DNA from: Myxococcota bacterium
Lineage (GTDB): Bacteria > Myxococcota_A > UBA9160 > UBA4427
DNA: 64,000 nucleotides
Reading direction: 5' to 3'
NCBI GenBank assembly: GCA_036336835.1
Contig: JAYZFK010000034.1
Coordinates: forward strand, 43,777 to 107,776
Below are positions 10,186 through 19,227 of the stretch, in pieces (the stretch's first letter is position 1; each line of letters begins with the position of its first letter). The notes under the pieces are model-generated. The model was not told where the DNA came from. It did not search any database and saw only the letters and a program-made list of their open reading frames with translations. The translations under genes were made by a program, and so were the position numbers.

Positions 10186-10842
10186 TCACGCTCCCTTGTG
10201 TGCGACCGCCAGGCTCAGCGTTCCCATCAGCCAGCTGCGTGGCTCTGCGAGCGACAAGCCTGTCGCGCGAAGTTCGCTTTGCAGGTCCGGGATGGGACGC
10301 GACACGGAGCCCACCAGGAGCCAGCCAGCGGCCGCCTGCGGAACGCGCATCACTCCCTGCAACACGCGCCTCCAGCCCGAGGGAGCTCGGACCTCGTCGG
10401 CGACGACCAGGCGTCCGCCCGGCGCCAGGCAGCGGGCCGCCTGGGCGAGGACGAAGGCTCGCTCGCTCGGCGACATGTCCGAGAGGCACAGGCTCAGCAC
10501 GACGGCCTGGTAGCTCCCGGCAGCGAAACGATCGATCTCCGCAGCGGTCTGCTCGATCCACTCGACCTCCACCGCCGGGGCGCCGAGTCGCGACCTGGAC
10601 TGCTCGAGCATCTCCGGGGCCTGGTCGATCGCGGTCACGCGCGCACCCCGCTCGAGCATCAGCGCCGTGACCGTTCCCGTTCCGCAGCCGACCTCGAGAA
10701 CGCGGTCACCCAGCGAGACGACCGCAGCCCCTGCGACCGCCGCGTGGAGTCGGCCGACCCGCCCGAAGGTGAGCGCCTGCATGCCGGCGTCGTAGCGCCC
10801 GGGTGAGCCCTCGAGCCAGCGCATGAGCGCGAGCGAGCTCAC
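10186..10842 (-). CDS. Class I SAM-dependent methyltransferase, corrinoid-protein-associated
   Basis: Motif I RVLEVGCGTG, VTAIDQAPEML and LAPGGRLVVADE. Overlaps the tetR stop (GTGA) and ends 4 nt before the HgcAB-like start. Confidence 0.9.
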   Translation of the reverse strand: MSSLALMRWLEGSPGRYDAGMQALTFGRVGRLHAAVAGAAVVSLGDRVLEVGCGTGTVTALMLERGARVTAIDQAPEMLEQSRSRLGAPAVEVEWIEQTAAEIDRFAAGSYQAVVLSLCLSDMSPSERAFVLAQAARCLAPGGRLVVADEVRAPSGWRRVLQGVMRVPQAAAGWLLVGSVSRPIPDLQSELRATGLSLAEPRSWLMGTLSLAVAHKGA

Positions 10843-11420
10843 GCTCGAACCATCCGGTGCATCGCGTCGACCAGGGCATCAGCGAGCACGTCTGGCTCGG
10901 GGAACCCGCGCGAATCGACGAAGTACTGCAGCAGCAGCCCGTCGATCGCACCGATCACGATCGACGACAACACCCCTGCATCGGGCTGTGCCACAACGCT
11001 GCCGTCGCGCTGACCCTCGGCGATGACGGCTGCCAGCTCGCGGCGGAGCCCGCGGAAGTACGAGCGGAGCCGGCTCGCACCCTCCATCCGCAGATCGAGA
11101 ATCATGCGGCCAAACTCGGCCCACTCCGGAAAGAGCGCAGCGCAGGCGCGCGAGAGCGACTCGAGGCGCGCGAGCGGGGCTCCCTCGCTGCGCAGACAGA
11201 CGCGAAACAGCTCCCGCTCCTGCCCGAGCAGCTCGTTCAGCATGTCGCTCAGCAGCGCTTCCTTGTCGGCGTAGTAGTGGTAGAGGCTGGATCGGCCCAT
11301 CCGCGCCTCCTGCGCAACGTGCGCGAGGCCGGTGCCGCGAACACCCCGCCGCGCGAAGACGCGCCGCGCCGCAGCGCGGATCTCCACTCGCTGGCTGGCG
11401 GCATCTACGATCTTCGGCAC
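10839..11420 (-). CDS. TetR/AcrR family transcriptional regulator
   Basis: N-terminal HTH AAARRVFARRGVRGTGLAHVAQEARMGRSSLYHYYADKEAL. Confidence 0.93.
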   Translation of the reverse strand: MPKIVDAASQRVEIRAAARRVFARRGVRGTGLAHVAQEARMGRSSLYHYYADKEALLSDMLNELLGQERELFRVCLRSEGAPLARLESLSRACAALFPEWAEFGRMILDLRMEGASRLRSYFRGLRRELAAVIAEGQRDGSVVAQPDAGVLSSIVIGAIDGLLLQYFVDSRGFPEPDVLADALVDAMHRMVRA

Positions 11421-11433
11421 GCCGCGAGTCTAG

Positions 11434-11461
11434 TTTATTTCGACATCATTGTCGAAATAAA
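11434..11461. promoter_or_regulatory. Perfect inverted repeat, probable TetR operator
   Basis: TTTATTTCGACA-tcat-TGTCGAAATAAA: 12-bp perfect arms with a 4-bp spacer. AT-rich island 13 nt upstream of the tetR start, next to a TAGACT -10-like hexamer (minus strand 11432..11427). Confidence 0.8.
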
Positions 11462-11573
11462 TTTCGCGCGCCTTCTGGGAATGCGATACCGACCCGAACG
11501 AGCCCTCGAAGGACCGGCCCGCTGCAGATCCCTGGGATAGGATGCGCGACTCGCGATCCACCGAGGAGGGCTC

Positions 11574-12131
11574 ATGGAAAACCGCGCTGTACGCCTGGCG
11601 CCGCTCGCGCCCGACGACTGGAGCGAAGAAGCTCGGCACGCGCTCGCCGGGCTCACCCGTCCCGATGGCTCGGTACTCAACATCTTCGCGACCCTCGCGC
11701 GCCACCCGAAGTTGCTCGAGAGTTGGCTGGGCTTCGGGGTCCACGTGCTCGGCAGCTCGACGCTCGAGCCACGCGAGCGCGAGCTTGCGATCCTGCGCGT
11801 CGGCTGGCTGTGCCGGTCCGAGTACGAATGGGGACAGCACGTCGCGATCGGCAAGCACGCCGGTGTGACGGACGTCGACCTCGCGCGCCTCGGCGACGGA
11901 CCCGACGCCGCCGGCTGGAGCGATCGCGAGCGCGCCATTCTCCACGCGGTCGACGCTCTCCACGAGACGCAAACCATCGGGGACGCCGAGTGGCGTGCAC
12001 TCGCTCAGCACCTCGACGAGCGCCAGCTGCTCGATCTCGTATTCACTGTGGGGCAGTACACGCTCGTCTCGATGGCACTGAACACACTCGGCATCCCGCT
12101 CGACGACGGCGTCTCCGGCTTCCCGAGCTGA
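11574..12131 (+). CDS. Carboxymuconolactone decarboxylase (CMD/AhpD-like) family protein
   Basis: LNIFATLARHPKLL, LEPRERELAILRVGWLCRSEYEWGQH, and LDLVFTVGQYTLVSMALN. GGAGG RBS upstream. Confidence 0.87.
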   Translation: MENRAVRLAPLAPDDWSEEARHALAGLTRPDGSVLNIFATLARHPKLLESWLGFGVHVLGSSTLEPRERELAILRVGWLCRSEYEWGQHVAIGKHAGVTDVDLARLGDGPDAAGWSDRERAILHAVDALHETQTIGDAEWRALAQHLDERQLLDLVFTVGQYTLVSMALNTLGIPLDDGVSGFPS

Positions 12132-12167
12132 CTGCTAGTATGCGCGACTGGCTGCACGTGGAGAAGG

Positions 12168-12767
12168 ATGAGCGACGCCACCCCGCCCGAAGCGAATGAT
12201 GAAGCGGAATCGCTGGATCCCGACTCCACAGACGACGTGCCGCCGTGGTACCGCGAGTCCTGGGCGCGCTTTGCGGTCGGCTTCAGCCTCAGCGTTACGA
12301 TCTTTGAGGTGGCCTACTACGGCGTAGTCCTCGAGAGCGACGCGTTCGGCTCGTTCATGAGGGTTCTCGCCGAGGCGACCGGCGCGTTGCTCGAGCCGTT
12401 CTACGAACGCGTCAGCGTGGTGAACTCACGCGTCGCGACGAACAAATTCGTCGTCAACGTGGACCAGGGCTGCGACGGCCTGCAAGTCGGAACGCTGCTG
12501 ACTGCGGCAGTCCTCGCGTTCCCATCCACGTGGCGACAGAAGCTCGTCGGCGTCATCGCTGGCAACCTGTGGCTGCAGAGTTGGAACGTCGTGCGCATTG
12601 CGACCCTGGTCGCAGTCGGTGGAATCGAACGCAGCTGGTTCTACCCGACGCACGAGTACATCTGGCCTACGCTCCTGATCGCGCTCTGCCTGGCAACCTG
12701 GATGTGGTGGGCGCGCTGGACGCTGAGCAACCATGAGCCCCTCCGACCAGCCGACACCGCCGCCTGA
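12168..12767 (+). CDS. xrtH: Exosortase (exosortase H-like, short form)
   Basis: Exosortase/archaeosortase Cys-Arg-His triad in the expected contexts: VDQGCDG, LAFPSTWRQK...NVVRI, and THEYIWP. Four TM segments. The subfamily assignment is by resemblance only. Confidence 0.75.
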   Translation: MSDATPPEANDEAESLDPDSTDDVPPWYRESWARFAVGFSLSVTIFEVAYYGVVLESDAFGSFMRVLAEATGALLEPFYERVSVVNSRVATNKFVVNVDQGCDGLQVGTLLTAAVLAFPSTWRQKLVGVIAGNLWLQSWNVVRIATLVAVGGIERSWFYPTHEYIWPTLLIALCLATWMWWARWTLSNHEPLRPADTAA

Positions 12768-13386
12768 ACCCAAGCCGCTGCAGACCTTTGGACTGCACGT
12801 CGTCTTCATCTCGTTGCTCCTCTGGATGCTCCCCTCGCTCGCTGCCGCCTTCGGTTTCGGCTTCACGACGGCCGGCAATGCGGTGCTCGGCCGACTTGGC
12901 TCGGACCTGCGGGTCGAGTATCGCTGGGTGCCGCCCAACGAGCGCGTGCTGCAGGGCGAGATCGAGATGGTCGGGTGGGTGGCTGGGTACCAGAACGCCG
13001 CGTGGGAAAGTCGCTACGAGATCCGCGAGCGCGCTTACCTCCCAACCACCATCCTGATTGCCCTGATCCTGGCGACGCCCGCGAGTCGACCTCGCCACGT
13101 TGCCGGCATTGTGCTCGGTGCCAGCTTCCTCAATTTCTTCTACCTCGCCCAGACGGGGCTGCTCGCCGCCTGTCTGTTCGCCTCCGTGGAGCCGGACCTG
13201 ATCGCCCTCGGCGGGGCGCTCGCAGCGATGCTCCCCGTGGTCAAGGCGTTCTTCGGCTCCCCGCTGGTGCGCTATGCCGCCGTGTTTGCGATCTGGGCAG
13301 TGGCGGCGACCCCAGCCCGCGGACTCGACCTGGGCGCGGCCAGCGAACGTCTGGCGTCCCTGCTGGGCCGCCGCGGGACGCAGTGA
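12733..13386 (+). CDS. Membrane protein, probable exosortase-associated partner
   Basis: Overlaps the exosortase 3' end by 35 nt. Has about 4 TM segments with a periplasmic loop, and the segment YLPTTILIALILATP. Confidence 0.6.
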   Translation: MSPSDQPTPPPEPKPLQTFGLHVVFISLLLWMLPSLAAAFGFGFTTAGNAVLGRLGSDLRVEYRWVPPNERVLQGEIEMVGWVAGYQNAAWESRYEIRERAYLPTTILIALILATPASRPRHVAGIVLGASFLNFFYLAQTGLLAACLFASVEPDLIALGGALAAMLPVVKAFFGSPLVRYAAVFAIWAVAATPARGLDLGAASERLASLLGRRGTQ

Positions 13387-13389
13387 CCG

Positions 13390-15114
13390 CTAACGAGCTT
13401 CCGGCTCCCCGGCAGCCGCGCGCTGGGACCAGTCGAACCAGCGCTCGTAGCGAATCTCGCGGACTGCTCGGTACACGCGATAGCGGTCCGGGACCGCCGG
13501 GCCGAGCAGGTAGGGGACTGCACCCAGGTTGCTCGCGTTGAAACTGGCACCGCTCTGCTTGACCTGAGTGTGGATCCAACGCGGCTCCGGTCGCTCGAGC
13601 TCGTCGATCAGCGTGGCCGCGTGCTCCGACGGAACGTGCACCTCGGCGTTGTTGCTCGCAACGATCAGCCGATCGCCGGGGCGAATCACGACGGTCCGCC
13701 AATCGACCGGCCGGGCGCCGGCTCGCTGGAGGTAGAACTGGAGCCCCCAGTGACCGTGGAACCAGACAGTCCCGCCCCTGCCGTGCCGGGCGACGAGCTC
13801 TTGCGCCGCTTCTCGGACACCGTTCGACCAGGTGCGGTCGGCCCAGGCCACGCCGAGAGCGAGGGCCGCACAGACGAGTGACGCCGCGACGAGCCCTGGC
13901 TGAGCGAGCGAGTGGCCGCGGCCGTGAAGGCGGCGCACGATCAGGATCGCGACCACGGGCGCCAGCACCAGGTTCGAGCGGCCGTTGTTGGTCCAGTTCA
14001 CGAACGCGGCAAAAGCGAACGAGCCCAGCAGCCACAGCCCGAGCAGCCAGCGCTCCGGATCGCGGTTGCGCCGCAGCTCGCTGATCGCGAGCGCGAGCAG
14101 CGACACCCCGCCGAGCGACATCGCAGCGAGTTGCCACGCGAACCAGCGACTCGCGGCACCTGTCTCGGACGCGACCGGCAGGCCGATCCAGCCCAGACTC
14201 ATCGGTGCGAGCAGCGTGAAGCCGGCGCCGATCGCGAGACCGACGCCCAGCGCGCGCCGGCTCCACAGCCAGGGACCCAGCAGCAACGCCGGCGCGACGC
14301 TCCCGCCCGCAAAGGCCAACCCCTCGACGAACTGGCGCAGGGGTGTCGGCCGCACGATGCCCTCGGTGTGCAGCGCCTCGGCCATCGCCTGCTCGATCGC
14401 GCCGGCGCCGTAGCGGACGTGCATCACGAGCTCCAGCCCCGCGAGCGCGACGACGGGAAGCAGTAGTGGCAGAGCGAAGCGTCGCAACGCCATCCGCCGG
14501 GCCAGCGAATAGGCGACCAGCAGCGGCACCAGCGCAATCGCGAAGTACTTCGTCCAGACAGCGAGCGCGGCGAGCAGCGCGGCTCCCCACAGCCAGCCAT
14601 CGCCATCGCCCTGCGCACCGCGCAGCCAGCACAGCAGCGCCAAGAGCCACAGCGCGAGCATCGGGACGTCGCTCATCAACGTGTTCGCACACACCAGGAA
14701 GACGGGCGTTGCGATCGCCAGCAACGCCGCGGGCAACGCGTCAGCGTCCAGCCGCCGCGCCAGTCCCCAGGTCGCCAGGCCAGCTCCGGCAGCCGGGAGC
14801 GCGAATGCAACGTGGAGCGCCCGCTCGCTCCAGCCTGCGACCGCAGCAATGGCCGCGATCGCGTAGCCGGTGAGCGGAGGATTGCGTGTCACCGCGTACA
14901 TGGGCTGCTCGGTGCCGTACCAGTTGACCCCAAATCCGAAGAAATCGAGTGGCTCGCGTCGGATTTGCTCGGCCAGCCACAGAAAGAGCGGCTCGTCGAT
15001 GTTGAAGGCCCTGTCGGACAGAGCGAGCAGCGGAAGCAGGACGGCTGCCAGGACGATGCCCAGCTCGCGGCCGGTGCGCGGGTGGGCTGCGGCGTTGCCG
15101 GGGCCGGAGTGCAC
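13390..15114 (-). CDS. GT-C fold membrane glycosyltransferase (GT39/PMT_2/ArnT-like)
   Basis: First external loop has NIDEPLF, followed by RNPPL, MSDVPML and TKYFAI. More than 10 TM helices and a soluble C-terminal tail. Start is uncertain (the ORF is open to 15249). Confidence 0.8.
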   Translation of the reverse strand: MHSGPGNAAAHPRTGRELGIVLAAVLLPLLALSDRAFNIDEPLFLWLAEQIRREPLDFFGFGVNWYGTEQPMYAVTRNPPLTGYAIAAIAAVAGWSERALHVAFALPAAGAGLATWGLARRLDADALPAALLAIATPVFLVCANTLMSDVPMLALWLLALLCWLRGAQGDGDGWLWGAALLAALAVWTKYFAIALVPLLVAYSLARRMALRRFALPLLLPVVALAGLELVMHVRYGAGAIEQAMAEALHTEGIVRPTPLRQFVEGLAFAGGSVAPALLLGPWLWSRRALGVGLAIGAGFTLLAPMSLGWIGLPVASETGAASRWFAWQLAAMSLGGVSLLALAISELRRNRDPERWLLGLWLLGSFAFAAFVNWTNNGRSNLVLAPVVAILIVRRLHGRGHSLAQPGLVAASLVCAALALGVAWADRTWSNGVREAAQELVARHGRGGTVWFHGHWGLQFYLQRAGARPVDWRTVVIRPGDRLIVASNNAEVHVPSEHAATLIDELERPEPRWIHTQVKQSGASFNASNLGAVPYLLGPAVPDRYRVYRAVREIRYERWFDWSQRAAAGEPEAR

Positions 15115-15233
15115 GACGGGCGCCAACGTACCACTGCGCGGGACCGGCAGCCCGCGGGCCGGCGATGGCCGAGCGGTGGCTATGCTCGCGCTGGTGCGCG
15201 GATTCCCCGCGTGGAGAGGCGCCGCCGGCAAGC

Positions 15234-16727
15234 ATGTCCGCCGAGGCAAGCACCGAGTCCACGACCGCCAGCGGTGCGGCCGGAGCGCCGCTGCAGCTCG
15301 GGCTGCTACTCGCGGTCGCGGTCGGGCTCCGCAGCTACCGACTCGACGCTCCTCTGTGGTACGACGAGATCGTCACGCTCGTCGAATACGTCCGACTCGC
15401 GCCGAGCGACTTGCTCACGCACTACACGAGCACGAACAACCACCTGCTCTACAGCCTGCTGGCCCACGCGAGCGTCGCGGGATTCGGCGAGAGCGCCTGG
15501 GCGCTGCGCCTGCCCGCCGCACTGCTCGGCGTGGCGAGCCTGGCGGCCTTCTGGTGGATGGCGCACGAGTTCGTGGCAGCCCGCCAGGCCCGCCTCGCGA
15601 GCTGGGCGATCGCCCTCTCCTACCACCACGTCTGGTTCTCGCAGAACGCGCGTGGCTACACCGGAATTCTGCTCTCCGCCTGGCTCGGGACGGCCCTGTT
15701 CCTGCGCGCTCGCCGCGGCGGTCCAGCGCGCCTGTGGCTCGCCTACGCCGTGGCGCTCGCTCTCGGCACCTGGATCCACCTCTCGACCCTGTTCGTCTTC
15801 GCAGCGCACGGCATCGTCTACCTGGCGGAGGAGCTCGTTGCGCAGGGCCGCGACGACCGGCGCTTCGACGCGCGCCCCCTCGCCGCTTTGGCTGGCGGCC
15901 TGCTGCTCGCACTGGCGCTCTACGCGCCGCTACTGCCCGAGCTCGCCGAGACGCTCACCAGCCAGCACAGCGCCGGCCGCGGGAGCAACACTGTTACCAC
16001 CTGGAAGAGTCCTGTCTGGACCCTGCTGGAGGCCGCGCGCGGGCTTCAGCTCGGCGGCGCTTCGCCCTTGGTCGCGCTGCTCGGGGTCGGGCTCGCGGGG
16101 TGCGGGCTGATTTCCTTTGCGCGGTCGCGCCCCGGCGACGCGCTGCTGCTCACGGCGCCGGGCGCGATCGCGATCGCTGCACTCCTCGCGGCAGGCTTCA
16201 ACATCTGGCCGCGCTATTTCCTCGTGAGCCTCGGTTTCGCCGCCATCCTCGGCGTGCGCGGGGCCTTCAGCGCCGCAGGGCTCATCGTGACGAGCCCCAC
16301 CCGTGCCGAGCACCTGGCGACGGCAGCCTGCATCACGGGGATCGCTCTCTCGGCGGCCACCCTCCCGCTCAACTACCGCTACCCGAAGCAGGACTACCCG
16401 GCTGCCCGCTCGCTGATCGTCGACCGCCGCGGCGCAGACGAGCCGGTCCTTGCGCTGGGGCTCGCCGACTACGCGTACGGCCGATACTTCGAGCCCGGGT
16501 GGGGGACGCTCGAATCCGTCGAGCAGCTCGACCGACTGGAGGAGGAGCACGCGAGCCTGTGGATCGTCTACTCCTTCCCGACGCTCCTTCGGGCCTCCCG
16601 CCCCGAGCTGTTCGCGAGAGTCGAGCGGGGGTACGAGCGGGTTCGAAGCTTCCACGGCACGCTGGGAGACGGCGACGTGCACGTGTTGCGATCGCGCTCC
16701 GTGCCAACACGGGGGAGGCAACCGTGA
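15234..16727 (+). CDS. GT-C fold membrane glycosyltransferase (GT39/PMT_2-like)
   Basis: PLWYDEIVT, NNHLLYSLL, SAWALRLPAALLG and WFSQNARGY, with many TM helices. Start ATG 15234 lies downstream of TGGCTATGCT, an extended -10-like sequence. Confidence 0.82.
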   Translation: MSAEASTESTTASGAAGAPLQLGLLLAVAVGLRSYRLDAPLWYDEIVTLVEYVRLAPSDLLTHYTSTNNHLLYSLLAHASVAGFGESAWALRLPAALLGVASLAAFWWMAHEFVAARQARLASWAIALSYHHVWFSQNARGYTGILLSAWLGTALFLRARRGGPARLWLAYAVALALGTWIHLSTLFVFAAHGIVYLAEELVAQGRDDRRFDARPLAALAGGLLLALALYAPLLPELAETLTSQHSAGRGSNTVTTWKSPVWTLLEAARGLQLGGASPLVALLGVGLAGCGLISFARSRPGDALLLTAPGAIAIAALLAAGFNIWPRYFLVSLGFAAILGVRGAFSAAGLIVTSPTRAEHLATAACITGIALSAATLPLNYRYPKQDYPAARSLIVDRRGADEPVLALGLADYAYGRYFEPGWGTLESVEQLDRLEEEHASLWIVYSFPTLLRASRPELFARVERGYERVRSFHGTLGDGDVHVLRSRSVPTRGRQP

Positions 16728-17932
16728 CGCCTGGCCTGCGGATCGGCATCGACGCGACCTGCCTCGCAGCGGGCCGAGGCTACGGGCGGTTCGTTCGCGA
16801 GCTGCTGCCGCCGCTGCTGCGCGAAGACGACCAGAACGAATACGTGCTGTTCGCCGACGAGCACACGGGGCCTGAGCTCGAGCTCCTGCCCGGGCGCCGC
16901 GTCCTGCTGCCGACCTCCCAGCCTCAAGCCCAGGCAGCATCGGCCCGCGGGCGGCGCCGCGTCGCCGACATGTGGCGCATGGGTCGGGCGGTCGCCGATG
17001 CGTCACTCGATGTCGTCTACTTCCCCTCGGTCTACAGCTTCTACCCGGTCCCCGGCCCCACCCCGGTCGCCGTCGCGATCCACGACGTGATCCCGGAACG
17101 ACACGGCGACGTGGTGTTCCCGACCCGGTGGAATCGCCTGCTGTGGAACACCAAGGTGCGGTGGGCACGGCGTCGCGCTCGCGCGTTGATCACGGTGTCC
17201 GAGTGGTCGCGGCGCGCACTGTGCGAGGAGTTCGGCACGCCCGAGCGCGAGATCTATGTCACGCTCGAAGCGCCGGCGCCCGGCTTTCGCCCGGTCGGCG
17301 AGCCCGAGACGCTGCGCTGCTGGCTGGCGGCGCACGGCCTGCCCGAGGAAGCGGCCTACTTCCTCTACGTCGGCGGCTTCAATCCGCACAAGAACCTCGG
17401 CGTCCTGCTCGATGCCTTTGCCACGGTCGCCCGCGCGCGGCCGGCGCTGCAGCTGCTGCTCGTGGGAGACTACGAGGGAGATGTCTTCCACAGCGATATC
17501 GCGGGCCTGCGCGAGCAGATCGCCCGGCACGGCATCGCCGACCGCGTCCACTGGACGGGCTACCTCGAGGACGAGCCCCTGCGCCACCTGTACGCAGGCG
17601 CCCTGGCCCTGTTGCTTCCCTCGCTAGAGGAAGGCTTCGGGCTCCCGGCGTTCGAAGCCGCCGCCTGTGGAACGGGCTGCATCGCCACGCGCAACAGCCC
17701 GCTGCCCGAGATGCTCGACGGGGCCGGGGTCTTCGTCGATCCGCGGGACGAGGCAGCGCTGCAGGGCGCCCTGACGCTCGTCGCCGACGACCCGGCGGTG
17801 CGCCGTGCCTTCGGCGCCAGGGCCCTCGCGCGCGTCGCTGGCCTCTCCTGGAGCTCGACGGCCAGGCAGACGCGAGAGGCGCTGGCCTCGATCGCGCAGC
17901 GCCCCGAGCGCGGCGCCCGGGGGCCGTCGTGA
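16724..17932 (+). CDS. Glycosyltransferase family 4 (GT-B)
   Basis: RIGIDATC, IHDVIP, LYVGGFNPHKN and PSLEEGFGLPAFEA. The GTG start overlaps the upstream TGA. Confidence 0.92.
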   Translation: MTPGLRIGIDATCLAAGRGYGRFVRELLPPLLREDDQNEYVLFADEHTGPELELLPGRRVLLPTSQPQAQAASARGRRRVADMWRMGRAVADASLDVVYFPSVYSFYPVPGPTPVAVAIHDVIPERHGDVVFPTRWNRLLWNTKVRWARRRARALITVSEWSRRALCEEFGTPEREIYVTLEAPAPGFRPVGEPETLRCWLAAHGLPEEAAYFLYVGGFNPHKNLGVLLDAFATVARARPALQLLLVGDYEGDVFHSDIAGLREQIARHGIADRVHWTGYLEDEPLRHLYAGALALLLPSLEEGFGLPAFEAAACGTGCIATRNSPLPEMLDGAGVFVDPRDEAALQGALTLVADDPAVRRAFGARALARVAGLSWSSTARQTREALASIAQRPERGARGPS

Positions 17933-19227
17933 GCCGGCTCCGCTTCGCGATGGTGACGACGTTCTATCCGCCGAACCACTTCGGCGGAGACGCGGTATTC
18001 ATTCGCCGCCTCAGCCACGCACTCGCCCGCCGCGGGCACGAGGTCGAGGTGATCCACGACGTGGACGCGTTCGACCTGCTGCACCGCGGCGGAGATCCCG
18101 CCGCGGTCGAAGAGCCTCCCGGCGTCGTGACGCACCCACTGCGCAGCCGGACTCGCTCGCTCGGCGCGCTCTCGTGCCTGCTCACGCATCAGCTCGGACG
18201 CCGGGTGCTGCACGGCCAACGCCTGCGATCCCTGCTCGAGCAGGGCGACTTCGACGTGATCCACTTCCACAACCTGTCGCTGGTCGGCGGTCCGCACGCC
18301 CTGCGCTGGGGCGACGCGATCAAGCTCTACACGGCCCACGAGCACTGGCTGGTGTGTCCGACGCACGTGCTGTGGCGCCACGGCCGCGAGCTATGCGATG
18401 CCCGCGAGTGCTTCCGCTGTAGCCTCCACTACCGCCGGCCGCCTCAGCTCTGGCGCCACACCGGGCTGCTCGAACGCGAGATCGAGCAGCTCGACGCGAT
18501 CTTGTCACCGAGCGCCTTCAGCGCGGCGAAGCATCGCGAGTTCGACTTTCCGCGCGAGCTCGAGGTGATGCCCTATTTCCTGCCCGACCTCGACTCGACG
18601 GCTGCCGCGCAACCGGATGCGGAGCGCGAAGCCCCCGCCTGGGAGCGGCCCTACTTCCTGTTCGTGGGGCGGCTCGAGCAGATCAAGGGGCTGCAGGACG
18701 TACTGCCGCACTTCGGGGCCCACGCGCCGGCCGATCTGCTCGTCGTGGGAACCGGCAACTTCGAGAGCGAGCTGCGCAACCAGGCGGCGACCAGCCCGCG
18801 CGTGCACTTCCTCGGGCCCCGGACCCCGGAGGCGATCCGGCCCCTGTATCGCGACGCGATCGCGACACTCGTTCCCTCGCGCTGCTACGAGACCTTCGGA
18901 ATCGTGGTGCTCGAGAGCTTCCGCGAAGGCACGCCCGTGATCGCGCGGCGGCTCGGCCCCCTGCCCGAGATCGTCGAGCCCGCGGGCGGCGGCCTGCTCT
19001 TCGAGACCGGCGAGGAGCTGGCTGCGGCGCTCGCGCACCTTGCGACGGACCGCGCCGCCCGCGACCGGATGGGCGCCGCAGGGCACCAGGCCCTGCGCGA
19101 GCGCTGGCTCGAGAGCTGCGTGCTCGAGCAGTATTTCGGCATCATCGGGCGGATCGCGAGGGAGCGCGGCCGCGAGCGCGTCCTGCAGCGACTCGGGCCG
19201 CCCGTCGGCCCAGCGGAGGTCTCATGA
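17929..19227 (+). CDS. Glycosyltransferase family 4 (GT-B)
   Basis: TTFYPPNHFGGD, TAHEHWLVCP, FVGRLEQIKG and YETFGIVVLES. GTGA overlap with the upstream gene. Confidence 0.92.
   Translation: MSRLRFAMVTTFYPPNHFGGDAVFIRRLSHALARRGHEVEVIHDVDAFDLLHRGGDPAAVEEPPGVVTHPLRSRTRSLGALSCLLTHQLGRRVLHGQRLRSLLEQGDFDVIHFHNLSLVGGPHALRWGDAIKLYTAHEHWLVCPTHVLWRHGRELCDARECFRCSLHYRRPPQLWRHTGLLEREIEQLDAILSPSAFSAAKHREFDFPRELEVMPYFLPDLDSTAAAQPDAEREAPAWERPYFLFVGRLEQIKGLQDVLPHFGAHAPADLLVVGTGNFESELRNQAATSPRVHFLGPRTPEAIRPLYRDAIATLVPSRCYETFGIVVLESFREGTPVIARRLGPLPEIVEPAGGGLLFETGEELAAALAHLATDRAARDRMGAAGHQALRERWLESCVLEQYFGIIGRIARERGRERVLQRLGPPVGPAEVS

Noticed and set aside
14870..17932. Apparent giant fusion ORFs in the track (e.g. 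14870..17932, 16972..19227, 20205..22142, 21107..23578, 26025..28436, 32585..35413, 34030..37254)
   Set aside because: Only the C-terminal parts are real genes. The upstream extensions are stop-free shadow frames over the preceding gene, and the true starts sit at short overlaps with the upstream stop.
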